Shown here in pieces: positions 24,501 through 35,505 of a stretch of DNA of 64,000 nucleotides. Origin of the DNA: Lytechinus pictus (Eukaryota); the NCBI RefSeq assembly GCF_037042905.1, contig NC_087251.1, positions 23,684,001 through 23,748,000 of the forward strand, in the 5' to 3' direction. A program made the position numbers and the translations under genes. A model generated the notes under the pieces. It was given only the letters and a program-made list of their open reading frames with translations, searched no databases and was not told the origin of the DNA. Each line of letters starts with the position of its first letter. Within the stretch, counting starts at the first letter, position 1.

Positions 24501-27500
24501 TGAGAGAAATGAGACTGAGGGGCAGTTTCACAGAATTAGACTAAACATCATGCAAAAGCACCAATGAATACACCAGTATTTAACATGTAATCCCCATTAA
24601 AAGGACACAAATCTTTCCAGTCAGCCCAATATGCTGTATTATGAAGACTTACCTCACAATCCTTCTTGGTTGCAGGAGATTTAGGCCCACGTACAGAGTC
24701 TTCAGCAGGTAGCTTGCCAATGAAAGAGAACTCTTCCTTCAATGGAAAATAAGGCTCCTCCTAAATGACGGAAATGATTTAAAATAATACTATTATTCAG
24801 AAATCTTACCTCGAACCAGCAATGATTAAACTTTATTCAGTAAAGAAAAATAATTCACAATCAAAGAAAATAATTACTAAATATAGTCCTCATCCTAAGT
24901 TCAATCATTCAATGTATCGCATACCAGGGATGAAAAAACATGCAACATGCAGGTTCATGTATTTTTTTTGTCCATATGTTTATTCACTTGCTACACAATT
25001 CTCAGATGGAAACACTAGTTCAGTCTCTTCATGTTATGAGTGCTCAATCAGAAGCAGAACTGGCAGTGTGAGTATCATCATAGAAATTGTCCTCTGAAAA
25101 GGTAAGATATGATTATAAAAACAAAAATGTACTTTATCCTACCTTCTGGCCAAAGTTGAGCTCCACTGAGATATTCTTGACCATGACATGAGGGAACAAG
25201 GCTTTGCCTTCTAGGTCTTCTTCAATGGTGAAGGCAACACCAAGGTCATTGCCATTCTTGGTGTATGAGATTGTTGGCTTCTCTCCTTCAAAGTCCTGCA
25301 AATGTAAAATCGAATAGAGTTGAATATTGGCAATACGCCTATGCTTACATTCAATGTCAAAAGTGTCAATGAGAGTCACATTAATGGGTGAACCACATTA
25401 ATGTGGTCTTGTGCAGAATAATCCCATTTTTAATGAGTATATTGTACTAAGTTTCTGAACACTAAATTCTCAGATCATAACACTAGTTCAATCTCTTCAT
25501 GATTTTGTGTGCTCAATCAGAAGCAGAACTGGCAGTGTAAATATCATCACTGAACAACATTTTCCAATGTTATAAATCACAAGACAAACATTTCTAGTTC
25601 TTCAAAACAGTCTCAAATAACAATTTTGTGTCAAAAACAAACAAACAACTTACCACATATGCACCAATAACATCTCCCACACCAAACTTCTCTCCATAGT
25701 TCTCAAACTTGCATTTGACCGATGCCTTTCCTGTTCCTCCATACCCATAAGAAAAGTCTTCCTCTCCTGCAGAAACATTAACAACTAAAGTCAGTTATTT
25801 ATATCAATTATAACTTCTATGCATAACATTCAATGCAAACTTGCTGGTCACCAGTCAATTGAAGTGAGGAAAGTAGGTATGCAGAATGAAATTCTTGGCA
25901 ATTTGTTCACTTAATTTTAACTACAGCTAGTCAGAATATCTTGAGGCAGACCAATAATCTGGGACCCAATACCACCAACGACTGACTTTGAATTGATTGG
26001 AAGTCGTTGGGAAGCCACTTGGGTACCTTTACGCCATAAGATTTGTTTACATCATAATTCTCAGATAGCTACACTAGTTTAGTTTCTTCATGATTGTGAG
26101 TGCTCAATCAGAAGCAGAACTGGCAGTGTGTGTTTCATCACAGAATTGCAAACATTCAACATTCGCATGCAAAAAAGAGCGACATTCTGTCCTGTTGAAG
26201 ATGTCAAAATAAATTTGGATAGAGTAATAATGAAAATGAACTAACCCAACTGAAGAGAAGATGCATCAATGGACCATCCTACACGGACAACATGTTTGTT
26301 GGTCTCTTCAGGAGGTAGATGGCGCACATCAGCTTGGGACTCCAGCTGCAACAGAGATGAATACATACTTTTATATACACACAATGCCTTCATCGTTCTT
26401 AATTCATAGAATATAAATGCTAATTGACCATCCTCAGAAAATAAACACTAGTCCATCCTCTTCATGATTGTGAGTGCTCATTCAGAAGCAGAACTGGCAG
26501 TGTAGATTTCATCACTGAATTTCTAAAACATGCTATCATGCAATCTTCAAATTTAGGACTTTTCAGAAATAATCTATAAAGAAAAAAATTGACAGATTTC
26601 ATATACATTTTAAAAGAGGGTATTATTCTTGCTATGGGAATACATACCTTGCATTCATATCCGATTTTCCCTTTATTCACACCGTGTGTAGCCTTGACTC
26701 CACCCCACATGTATGCGAACCCTTCCATGCTGAGGGGACATGCATTATAGCCATCTTTGCCAATTTTTAGATTCAAGTCAGAAAGGTCTATAGAGAAAAA
26801 AGAAATATATTCATAGAAGAAAAGAATAGTCACAATTTTGTTCCTTATCACATCCCATGTTGTAATTTGACCAAAATTGTTTAATAAAAACATACTACTG
26901 TCATTCAATCAGACCAAATCTGATTTCCAAGTTGCTTGGAAAGTCCCCTTGGTCATATCTAATATGCCATTACATGATTATAAGAATCTGATAAGATCAT
27001 TACATCACAATTCTCAGATAGCTACACTAGTTCAGTTTCTTCATGGTTGTAAGTGCTCAATCAGAAGCAGAACTGGCAGTGTATGTTTCATCACAGAATT
27101 ACAAACGTTAACATGTGAAAAAATAGTGACAAATATTTACGCCAGAATGAAATATGCAGAGTGATGCTAATTCAAATTTACTTGACTAAAAAGATAGATC
27201 ACCATTATCTAACAAGGTCAATGCCCTTCCTAAATGTATGCACGACCCAGAGTTTGAAGCTAGATTACAGGGATGCATCTTTTCTTCATTTAGGTTATCC
27301 ATGAAACAGTTGACTTGTAGCAATAAGTTAATCTGAAAAAATGCCCCTGGTAACCACCTACAAAAGGTGGAAGAACAATAACACTTCACCTATTCCCATG
27401 AATGCATGGAATAAATCAGAAGCAAAACTTAGATTTCACATTCCATAGGATACATACGGTACATGTATTTAGCAGTCATCCAAATCCCAATGAACTTACA

Positions 27501-30500
27501 TTTGCTGAGCACACACTGTGTATCTGGTATATCATCATCTTCTTCCATAACCACAGGAGGGGGTGTTCTGAAGGTAAGAAGGATAAAGTTGGTTGCAATT
27601 GTATATTACACTAAATGCAGTATCTTTGTGAACTCATAACACAAATCATTTTTAGACATTGGTACACATACGCTAAACTTGCTTCCTGCTTTGAAATTCA
27701 TGCATTTTCACTTCCTGCATTGAATGGGGAATTCCCCATTCCATAACATTGTGGATTAAGCAAGCTGGTACTCGTCTGAAATCGAGCAAAAGCAGTTACC
27801 AAAATTTTCAACAAATGATTCTGAAATGCAGACCTTCATTTTTGAGGAGCGCGATCGCGCCGGCGCTCCTACCGCGCTCCTTAAAAAAAATAAGGATAGC
27901 AAAAAATCGCGCTCCTAAAAAAAAAATTTTTTTAATGAAGAAAAAAAATTGCTAAAATTTCACATCTTTAAATCTATGAAATGGTCTTCTTTTTTCCATA
28001 ATTCCTTGAAATTACTTTGATTTAGTTGAAAACTATCAGAAAAATTAAGAATATTCATCTCTTTCCCGACTCTGATTTTAATTTAAACTCGGTAAATATT
28101 TGCAGTCCCATATGTAGATTTTCATGGCAGCACCATGAAAGTCTACATGTGGGACTACAATATTTACTGAGGTAAGTTCAAATCAGAGTCGGGAAAGAGG
28201 TGAATATTCTTCATTTTTCTGATAGTTTTCAACTAAATCAAAGTAATTTCAAGGTATTATGGAAAAAAGAAGGCCATTTCATGGATTTAAAGATGTAAAA
28301 TGTAAAATTTTAGCAATTTTTTTTTTCAATTTTTTTTTTTTTTCAATTTTTTTTTTGCAGTAGCGCATACGACATCTTGTAAACGTATTGACGTGACCCA
28401 GGCCTAGTTTCACCACAGATTAATTAATAGCTAACACAGCTACTGCATATATACAATGTTAAGAAAAATCTACAATTTATCATACATGTATTGTAATGAA
28501 TTGATTTGAGCTCCTCACGGAGAGCGATTCTGAGGAGCTCAATTGAGCTCCTCAGAAAAATAAGGAGAGCGATTTATTGAGCTCCATGAAATTATAAACG
28601 TGAAGGACTGTAAATGATTAGGGAACTATGTATGATGCCAAACTAAGGCCGAATTACATGTTCATCAAAAGAAAAACAAAATCAATTAAAACCTGTAAGT
28701 TAAAGTTTTTTCTAAATTCATTGTAATTAGAATGGTAATTTAAGAGAAAGAGTATCACATCAAATTTCTTTCGAAAAAGATGGAAGATTGCATTTTTGTT
28801 CAAGTCTACTTCTCAGGCACAATACACCCATTTGAGCATGTGGGTACAAAGCCACACTTTTTGGATGGTTTTATGTACATCCTTGTCAAGTACAAGCAGA
28901 ACCAATTGAACTGTTGATATCCCCCCCCCCCCTCCTTTTTTTTTTTACAGTTGAACAATTTAAAATACCCAAATAAAGATAAAAATCAGCCAAATCTGCA
29001 CTTAAAAGTAAATTTTTCATGCAAGAGGCCATCTTGGAATCCCACATCTAACCATCCAATGTCAAACTTCTTTGTTTGGGGGGTGGGTACAACACAAAAA
29101 ATATATAAATATACATATTTTGTTACCATAAATTTAACTGGGATGAAACACAGTAAGATTTTATTTATATTTGTAAATAGAACTTGAAAGAACCAGATGT
29201 TTTTCTTTCACAGCAAACTTCATTTACAGAAACAAAATTTAATTTTGATTGTCCTCAACCCCCCCCCCCCCCCCATCTGAGGATGTAACACCATCCAAAG
29301 TATGTGACTTTGTCCCACATGCTCAAATTGGTGTGTTGTATATCTTTCTTGTAATGATAATGAAAATGTAAAAAATAAAACAATGCCCTATGGCAAAAAT
29401 GAAAATCCACTGAAAAAATTACAAATGTGTAACAGTATAATGCCTCAGAAAGTAACACTAGTTCAGTTTCTTCATAAATTTGAGTGCTCAATCAGAAGCA
29501 GAACTGGCAGTGTAAGAATCATCACAGGACATGTTAAGTAACTTGTTTACAAGTCTTTATTACTCGCACCCACCTTCTCCTGGGAGATCTATCTCTGCCT
29601 CCAAATCGGCGATCACGGTTCCTGTTCTCATAGTCGCGTTTCCTTTCTTTATCCTTGTCACCTTCTTCTTTCTTGTCCCCTATAAATTACAAAAATTCAA
29701 ACATTTATGGTACTTTATTACACTTGACACAAACACAATTGCAAATGTGTAAGAAAATAGAAATCTTGAATACACTTTTTTTGTCATAGAAAAGGAAAAT
29801 GGGAAACATGCTATTCTCAGAGCGTGTATTTTCCTTACCATCCCCAGACTGCTCTTTATTTTCACCTTCCTTCTCTTCTGTTTGTGGTTGGGCTTCTTGC
29901 TCCATGCTTTCTGGTGGCTGTTCAACTTGCCCCTGCTCATCCGTTGCTTCTGGTTCAGCTTCTGTAACTTGAGGCATGGCATCCTCCTCTTGCACCATAG
30001 CTTCTTCTTGTGGTTCTGGCTGGACTTCTGCTTCCGGTTCCTCCATAGCTGGAGGAATTTCCAAGTCTGCCAAGAGTTGGTCATCTCCACCCTCTTCACC
30101 TGAAATGAGAGAAAATGTTCTGGTCAAAATACAAAGTGATTAAAGGTTTTTTGCACTGGTATGATGGGCCCCTTCAACTTTTTACACCTTCTGCTTGCCA
30201 GATGTTTACGCCGCCATCTTGTTTCCTATTGTTCTTCGCCAACGTTACGGTCGCGTGCGTTGCGTAACATTGGCGAAGAACAATAGGAAACAAGATTTTC
30301 ACAATATTTTTCTCATTTTTTTGATGAATTCTTGTTTAAAAATAACGAGAGCGTAGAAATGTCGGAAATGAAGTTTTATCCCATGTAGGCCCTACATGAT
30401 TTAGGGCTAACCTTTTAGGCCTAGATATTTTAGAAGTAGAAATCTCGGGGATGAAAGTTTCAGGTTTTGGGGTCCTTCGTGTAGGTGAATGAGAAGACCT

Positions 30501-31161
30501 GGCTTCATTGAGACTGAGAGTAAGCCTACGTTAGTAAATGATTTTTACTCTCAAGAAGCCGCCTGGCTACTCTGGCCTAGAATTATACTCCATTATTTAT
30601 TTCATAACATGCATCATGCATTGCATGCATCGTTGCAAGCCAAATATCCGAATGAATTTAATGGGAATTATTTAATGTAATTAATGGGAATGTAATTAAT
30701 AATGGGAACTTCAAGTTCAACTTCACTTTATTTTACTTAGTCTTGGATAGGCCTAATTCATAAATTGGAGTGAAGATGGCCTATGATGGACAAGACTTTT
30801 CTTGGCCATGCATGCCTTGGCTTTTTTGGGCTGGCCGAATTCACGAACCTGCTTGCAAGAGATCATCTGCTTCTTGGCTGGTTCCATCCTGATCCCCTGA
30901 AAATCCAAACTCATCGCCAAATCCTTGCTCTGCTTCTGGTAGTGCTTCTTGTGCTAGTTCTACAACATCTTCGTCAAAATTGTCATCTTCGTCTGCTTCC
31001 GCGGGTTCGTTCTCATTCCCCACTTCCTCGGCTTCGGCAAGCAAAGCATTCTCAAGTCGATCAACAAGGACAGCTTTCACTCCCTTTGAATCGAGTCCAC
31101 GCGCTTGCAGTTCCGCGCGAAGCTCCGCGACCTTCAACTTGGATGGTTCAATCTCACTCAT
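15511..31161 (-). CDS. HNRNPUL1: hnRNP U family protein (hnRNP U-like 1 / SAF-A), 15 exons, about 906 aa: SAP - acidic linker - SPRY - P-loop NTPase - RGG - Q/Y/N/S-rich tail
   Basis: GT-AG exons with consistent phases: 31161-30849, 30099-29839, 29679-29574, 27567-27500, 26787-26648, 26345-26246, 25766-25654, 25295-25143, 24760-24653, 20283-20161, 19852-19724, 17582-17414, 17215-16898, 16629-16364, 15864-15511 (2721 nt). SAP motif [28 protein letters not shown]; SPRY motifs [16 protein letters not shown] and VRVGWS; Walker [10 protein letters not shown]; [15 protein letters not shown]...RNYILDQTNVY...KMRPFEGF...[15 protein letters not shown] as in hnRNP UL1. Confidence 0.96.
19268..19306. repeat. 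(AATTC)n pentanucleotide microsatellite
   Basis: About 8 tandem AATTC units in intron 11 of the hnRNP U gene. Confidence 0.9.
21638..23408 (-). CDS. Intron-embedded BEN-domain module (3 exons: 23408-23258, 22870-22800, 22549-21638; 377 aa), probable alternative 3' end of the hnRNP U gene
   Basis: Acceptor TTCCTTTCCCGTTTCTAG|AAT (phase 0) and donor TAC|GTAAGG (phase 1). Acceptor TTTTAATATACAG|GA and donor AAG|GTGTGT (phase 0). Acceptor TATTTTGTAG|ATG opens the 303-aa ORF. The joined frame is open: [52 protein letters not shown].. then ..[34 protein letters not shown] (BEN-like). Minus-strand AATAAA at 21374-21379. Confidence 0.72.
24995..25090 (-). ncRNA. SNORD38: C/D box snoRNA, SNORD38/snR61-like (intron 8 copy)
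   Basis: Minus strand: ACAATT-TCT-ATGATGA (C box)...GCCAGTTCTGCTT-CTGA (guide plus D')...ATGAAGA (C')...CTGA (D)-G-AATTGT terminal stem. The guide is complementary to 28S rRNA AAGCAGAACUGGC. Confidence 0.88.
25467..25554 (-). ncRNA. SNORD38: C/D box snoRNA, SNORD38/snR61-like (intron 7 copy)
   Basis: GTGATGA C box, identical guide GCCAGTTCTGCTT-CTGA, D box CTGA, short TTC/GAA terminal stem. Confidence 0.87.
26056..26147 (-). ncRNA. SNORD38: C/D box snoRNA, SNORD38/snR61-like (intron 6 copy)
   Basis: AATTC-T-GTGATGA...GCCAGTTCTGCTT-CTGA...CTGA-GAATT with terminal stem. Confidence 0.88.
26430..26520 (-). ncRNA. SNORD38: C/D box snoRNA, SNORD38/snR61-like (intron 5 copy)
   Basis: GTGATGA C box, identical guide plus CTGA D' box, CTGA D box, ATTC/GGAT terminal stem with a G-U pair. 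Confidence 0.85.
27009..27100 (-). ncRNA. SNORD38: C/D box snoRNA, SNORD38/snR61-like (intron 4 copy)
   Basis: AATTC-T-GTGATGA...GCCAGTTCTGCTT-CTGA...CTGA-GAATT; closest in sequence to the intron 6 copy. Confidence 0.88.
27829..28610. mobile_element. Non-autonomous DNA transposon containing a long internal palindrome (arms about 27940-28125 and 28132-28325)
   Basis: Termini CAGACCTTCA...TGAAGGACTG. Internal arms of about 190 bp, e.g. CTCTTTCCCGACTCTGATTT / AAATCAGAGTCGGGAAAGAG and TTACTTTGATTTAGTTGAAAACTATCAGAAAAAT / ATTTTTCTGATAGTTTTCAACTAAATCAAAGTAA. Confidence 0.75.
29443..29528 (-). ncRNA. SNORD38: C/D box snoRNA, SNORD38/snR61-like (intron 3 copy)
   Basis: CCT-GTGATGA...GCCAGTTCTGCTT-CTGA...ATGAAGA...CTGA-GG; same architecture as the other five copies. 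Confidence 0.86.
30216..30296 (-). other. 81-nt hairpin with a 34-bp stem in hnRNP U intron 1, overlapping a YY1-type motif
   Basis: ATCTTGTTTCCTATTGTTCTTCGCCAACGTTACG - 13-nt loop - CGTAACATTGGCGAAGAACAATAGGAAACAAGAT; CGCCGCCATCTTG at 30209-30221. Confidence 0.7.
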
Positions 31162-31299
31162 TTTGTCACCTTTGATTTCTCTTAACAGACTCTATGTATG
31201 CAGGTTAAATAACAGAACTATAATATAATAAATTCTAAACCTATGACGACTAAATTAATTTAATTCAAAGTAAAAGGTTGGCAGCACCATACTCCTAGA

Positions 31300-31700
31300 A
31301 CGGAGTCCTTGCACACAAACGCAGAGTTCTGTCGAGAACGCATGCACACGTAACGCCTGATGAACTGTACTAAAGAAATGTCATCTGATTGGATATCTGA
31401 TTTATTTATTTATTGAATCATTTTTCTGAAAAATTGTTTTGATTCATAAAATTTCATAAATATCACTTTATTGAATGATTTTATTGTTACAAGTTGTTAT
31501 TAGATCATTTAAATATCATTTTATACTCTAACAAACATTTTTATTTGATTTATCACAGCACAGTATCGAATTGAAAGCATCCAATCAGCGGTCGTTTTAC
31601 GAAAACCCACTCTATATCATATGGCGTGGCGTGATGACCCACTCTTTATTATGTCGCCGCGTTGAATTCTGGGATCTGGATCGGAGCTAGCAAGCGAAGA
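31300..31700. promoter_or_regulatory. hnRNP U gene promoter region with two oppositely oriented CCAAT boxes
   Basis: CTGATTGG at about 31385-31392 and CCAATCAG at 31581-31588, CpG-enriched flanks, 200-400 bp upstream of the ATG at 31161. Confidence 0.45.
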
Positions 31701-32166
31701 ATGAGCGAATCATACCAGGATAAGTAAATGCAGAGGCCGTGGAAGCGGGGCGGGAAAAAACGCGTGCTCAATGAATTTTGAAACATTATTCTATTTTTTC
31801 TTCATCCCCCCAAAACGTAAAAAAATATGATTGTGATTTTTTTTTAACCGTCCCGCGGCCCCTGATCTCTATATGGACATATCAGTGAAGGGAAAAAACG
31901 CGTGCTCAATAAATTCTGAAACATTATTCTATTTTTTCCTCATCTTTTCCTTTTTATAGTTTTCCAACAACTCCTATGTATTTTTCTGATTCTATTTTTA
32001 TCTCTCTCTCTCTCTTTAAATATATATCCTTGTTTTAATATTTCCATCAATGCTTCTATCAATTCTCATATGTATATTTTGTTTTCTCCTTCCGCTTTCG
32101 TTTTTATGAATTTTTATGTATTTCTATAAGTTTTAATTCTTCTTTCACTCTCTTTTCTATCACGTA

Positions 32167-33348
32167 CAGTGGCGTAACTACGGGGGGGCATGGGGGGGCA
32201 CGTGCCCCCCAATCGGCTGACCAAAAAAAAAAAAAAAAAAAAAAAAAAACGGGGAAAAGGAGAAAAAGAGGGAGAAAGAAAGAGAAACGTATAGTGGGAA
32301 AAAAGACATTATTGTTCATTATAATGTTATATTATTTCATAATAATATGTTATGTTATATTACATAAGAAACATTTTTCATAACTTAATGAAACATAATT
32401 TGCTCAGGGCCTATGTTTTCATTGCTCCTGAAGCTCGCATTGTCTGTTTACCGAGATATATAACCCTGATAAAAAACCTCCCGTTTTCAAGTCAATATAT
32501 ACCAAACTGCCAAATATATTTCCTCGCACTTCGAGTTATTGTTTTATGTACAAGTATGCTTCTTTTTCATGACTAAAGTGATTGCCCCATTTTAAGGTCT
32601 TAATATAAAACATTTCCTGTCCGTGCTTACGTTAGCAGTAGCGGATTGGTGAAATATGTCTGCTCTCAATGAATTCCTAGAATCAGTCCTTAAAATGTTC
32701 CTTTTTCTGATCTGAATATCAAAAAATTTCACCTCGCGCTTCGCGCTCGCACCGTTTGGTTAGTGAACTACGTATGGTCTTCGTGAATTCCTACAAACAA
32801 GCCTTAAAATGCCCCTCTTCAGGTCTGAATTTCCTAAATTTTCAGCTCGCGCTTCGCGCTCGCAAGATTTGATTAGTGAGATGGGTATGTTAATCATGAT
32901 TACAAGTGCTTTATGTGCATATGTTTAGATGTAATTCTAACAAAATCAGCAAGCGCTTATTGGCACTCGCATTAGATGACTATGGTGAGATGTGTATACT
33001 CTTAACGGATTCCTAAAATATAGTCCTTAAAATCTTCCCGTTTGGGGTCAATATTTACAAAAATTTCAGCTCGCGCTTCACGCTCGCATTATTTAGCGAG
33101 ACAGGTACGTATCATGATTACAAAAGAATTTTATAATGTCCTTTTTTAGGTCTGAATATCAAAAATTTTAAGCTCGCGCTTCGCGCTCGCATTATTTGAC
33201 CAGTGAGATACATATCCGTTTAATGGCACTGTCCTTAAAATGTCTCTATTAGGTCAGTATACCTGGCAACTGGGCGCGCTGCGCTCACTAAGTGACTCAA
33301 AATTTTTGCTCGTGCCCCCCCAATGCCGTGACCCACGGTACGCCACTG
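32167..33348 (+). mobile_element. Non-autonomous hAT-type DNA transposon, 8-bp TSD ATCACGTA
   Basis: TIR CAGTGGCGTA...TACGCCACTG; ATCACGTA at 32159-32166 and 33349-33356; internal repeats of AGCTCGCGCTTCGCGCTCGCA. Confidence 0.9.
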
Positions 33349-34148
33349 ATCACGTAAATAAACAAATTAAAAAAAAGTAAACATTTTTATGATATATTGG
33401 TGGCAGAAAGATATGAGCGTCCAGTAAATACGTTTAGACTTATGTTTCTTCTGTAAGGTAATGCAGAAAATGAAACGATCGAACATTCATTTTGGAATTG
33501 TCCATTTACAGATTTTTCATTTTGAACGGAAAAAGTGTAATGGGTGCGTTATCAAAAAATATTCTCTTTTTCATCCTTTTCTAGTTATTGCAAAGAAATC
33601 TATTTATCTTAGATGAAAATCATGTACACCAACAGTTTCTGTGATTGTGTTTATTTGTTAACTAGATCGATCGTATAAAATGGAAACATTTACAGCTATT
33701 CGAAATAACAAAAGGAGTGTCCACGAACGCAGATGGCGAGACATGAATTGATACAGTGGTTATCCATATGCACTTATATGCTACGTAACTGTTATGTAAT
33801 TTCTTATGATGTATCATTTGTACTTGTTCAACTCTATTGAATTGAATGTACCTTGAAGTGACCAATAAAACATCATTTTAATACCAAAAAAAACAGCGGC
33901 ACAAAAAATGAAAGAAAAAAAAAGAGGAGAGAAAAGTGGGCAAGCGGAGGGGAAGAAAAGGGAATAGGTATAATATAAAATAAAATAAGAGGAGGAAGAC
34001 AAGTGAATGAAACGTGAGGGGAAGACCTGGAAAATATAAATTCTTCCATATCATACATTTTTCGCTAGGTCGGTGCTCCCTGGCATTGCCTGTTCATCTT
34101 GCGTAAGAACATTATTATAATGGAGTTTAAAATACTGCACAGTATTAT

Positions 34149-35505
34149 CAGTGGCGTATCTAGGACAAACGGCGCCCGGGGCAAGCGCTAAAATCGCGCC
34201 TCTTGAGTGTATTATACACTCGACCGGTCAGTGCGAGAGTGAATATTTTTTCAATATCAAGACGGAATATTATAAGTTTTTTTATTTTCATGAAAATTGT
34301 GTGTATCTAATTATCGTAAACAATGAATGCGAGCGCTAAGCACGAGCTGAAAAATATTGATATTCAGACCTGAAAAGGGAACATGTAAAAAGACCCTTTT
34401 TAGAAAAGAGATGATAGGTATATCTCTGTAAATAAATCGACCTAATACGAGGGCGAAGCGCGAGCCTATTTTGTAATCATTAACATGATGCATATCTAAA
34501 CATGCTAAACAAGTAATGCGAGCGCGAGCTGAATATGATTGATATCGAGACCGGCAGTCGGGACATTTTAGGGAGAAATAATCTCACGATAACTAAGCAA
34601 TTATATAATGCAAGCAGGATGGGTAAGCTGAAATTTGTAGGAATTCATGAGAAGTATAATATCTGATCGGCGTAATATATATATCTTCAGCGCATTGATT
34701 TCTTTGTGGTGAGTTTCACAATCCGTATGCCCATGAACAGACGTGTTTTTCACGACTGTTTCAGAAACGGATTTTGAATTCGCTTTTTTTTTTGTCACAT
34801 CATGGGCACTGACGAAGAGTGTGACTTTACCTTTCATTTTTGAGAGCTATGCTCCTTTTAAAATCTACGATTTTATTTCTACGGCATTTTCTAAACCATT
34901 TGTGATTATATATATATATATATATGTATATATTTATTTATTTATTTATTTATTTATGTCCTCACCTAAAAAGGGTCGAAGGTCGTTTTAATGAATGTTT
35001 GTAAACTTAATGAAGAGGATTTGTATCTCCCTTTTAGTCAAATCAGCACGTGGTGAAACGCTTTGACAATTGAATCAGAAAATGTGTTTTTCAGAACTGT
35101 TTGTAAGAATAAAATGAAGAATAATGTAACAAAATGCAAACCCGCAAATAGACTAGATGAAAAGTTATGACATTTGCGTTTGAAAAGGAATTTTTTTGTA
35201 AGGAGTATTGGAATTCTTGAAGAGAGTATATATATCACTAATCAAAAGTTGGCACGAATTCATCCCTGGGTAAAGACATGCAAGATTGATTTTCTAAATG
35301 TGTTGGAAACTGCATTACCATGGTAATAGCATGGGACGGGGGTATTAATCACCTTCAGTGGTTTTCCTTTTCTGCGCCTTAATTTATTCCTTTTCTTTTT
35401 CTCTTCATTTTTTGTTTTCCTTTTCTTTATTTGCGCCCCCTGAAAATGGTGCCCGGGGCACGTGCCCCCTTGCCCCCCCCCCCCCCCCCGCTAGATACGT
35501 CAATT
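34149..35505. mobile_element. Older hAT-type non-autonomous element
   Basis: CAGTGGCGTATCTAG...CTAGATACGTCAATT (degenerate TIR), GGCGCCCGGGGCA subterminal repeats, GCGAGCGCGA motifs. The TSD is not clean. Confidence 0.65.

Noticed and set aside
24995-29528. Recurring 90-nt unit as a CRISPR-like array or dispersed transposon
   Set aside because: Eukaryotic context, irregular spacing set by exons, strictly one per intron in sense orientation, and C/D boxes plus rRNA complementarity explain it as snoRNAs.
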